A stretch of 38,293 bases of DNA from Chiloscyllium plagiosum (taxonomy: Eukaryota). The stretch covers positions 8,452,263 to 8,490,555 of the forward strand of contig NC_057753.1 in assembly GCF_004010195.1 (NCBI RefSeq), given 5' to 3'. Shown piece after piece: positions 37,710-38,293 of the stretch (positions are counted from its first letter, which is position 1; every line of letters begins with the position of its first letter). Under the pieces are notes generated by a model. That model ran no database searches, was not told where the DNA came from, and saw nothing but the letters and a program-made list of their open reading frames with translations. A program made the position numbers and the translations under genes.

Positions 37710-38293
37710 TATAAGACAGAACAGGACCACACACCGCAAAAAAACGGCACTAAAAGAAAAAATGGCCAAACTAACACACAACAAAGAGGACACCACAACA
37801 CACATCTGGGTTAAAAACCTCTCCCACAGACAGCTCACAGACACGGAAAGAACAATACCGGCCAAGGGACTCAACTACAACCACAGGGACGCCAAGACAG
37901 CAGACTTCCTAGCAGCACCACAATGCACACTCAGGAACAATGGACTGACAGAAGAGACACACCAAACAGTGAGGCAAAGTATCGTACCTCTGATAACAAG
38001 GAAAAGACAAACACATAACCTCAACACCAAGGAGAGGGAAGCACTAAAATCACTAAGAAATGATAAGAACATAATCATACTACCAGCAGACAAAGGCAAA
38101 ATGACGGTTATCCTGGACAAAGCAGAGCACATCCAAAAAGCACAACAACTACTTGCAGATACCAACAAACAAAGAACAGCCAGGGAATTCCTAGAAGCAT
38201 GGCACTCATCCACAAACTCCATCAACAAACACATCGACCTGGACCCAATATACCAGCCACTACAGCGGACAGCTGAAACTGACAAACGGAAGC
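37710..38293 (+). mobile_element. Internally deleted Penelope-like element, running off the window end
   Basis: An open plus frame reads ...WVKNLSHRQLT...KGLNY...EREALKSLRNDKNIIILPADKGKMTVILD...LLADTN joined to KQRTAREFLEAWHSSTNSINKHID, which matches the C-terminus of the 10921-11500 element. Confidence 0.88.

Noticed and set aside
37875..38285. 136-aa minus-strand ORF (and 11033-11341, 4679-5083, 22407-22865)
   Set aside because: Antisense shadows of retroelement coding frames.
1..38293. CRISPR arrays, operons or other prokaryotic systems
   Set aside because: No repeat-spacer array or prokaryotic gene organisation; the short tandem repeats are LINE/SINE tails.

Overview
Eukaryotic, repeat-rich vertebrate DNA, very probably from a cartilaginous fish (shark-type HE1/V-SINEs, abundant CR1 LINEs, shark-type Penelope elements; organism is inferred). 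The only host-gene content I can support is a cluster of class A GPCR genes of the GPR139/GPR142-like type, all damaged. Copy A has exon 2 at 1042-1946 (+) with one in-frame TGA at 1071; its exon 1 lies left of the window. Copy B has exon 1 at 24499-24568 and exon 2 at 26452-27446 (+) with an in-frame TGA at 26736 and a DR>GR change. Copy C (17782-18470, -) is truncated and frameshifted. A ~200-bp piece of exon 2 also sits inside copy B's intron. Copies A and B lie in a ~3.8-4 kb direct duplication about 25.4 kb apart. The rest is nested retroelements: CR1, a Rex/Babar-type LINE split by two later insertions, Penelope-like elements (one with an apparently intact minimal hammerhead ribozyme), hammerhead-derived hairpin elements, SINEs and a decayed Gmr1-like gypsy element. 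There is one assembly gap (4362-4384). Most short ORFs in the track are transposon fragments or their antisense shadows.
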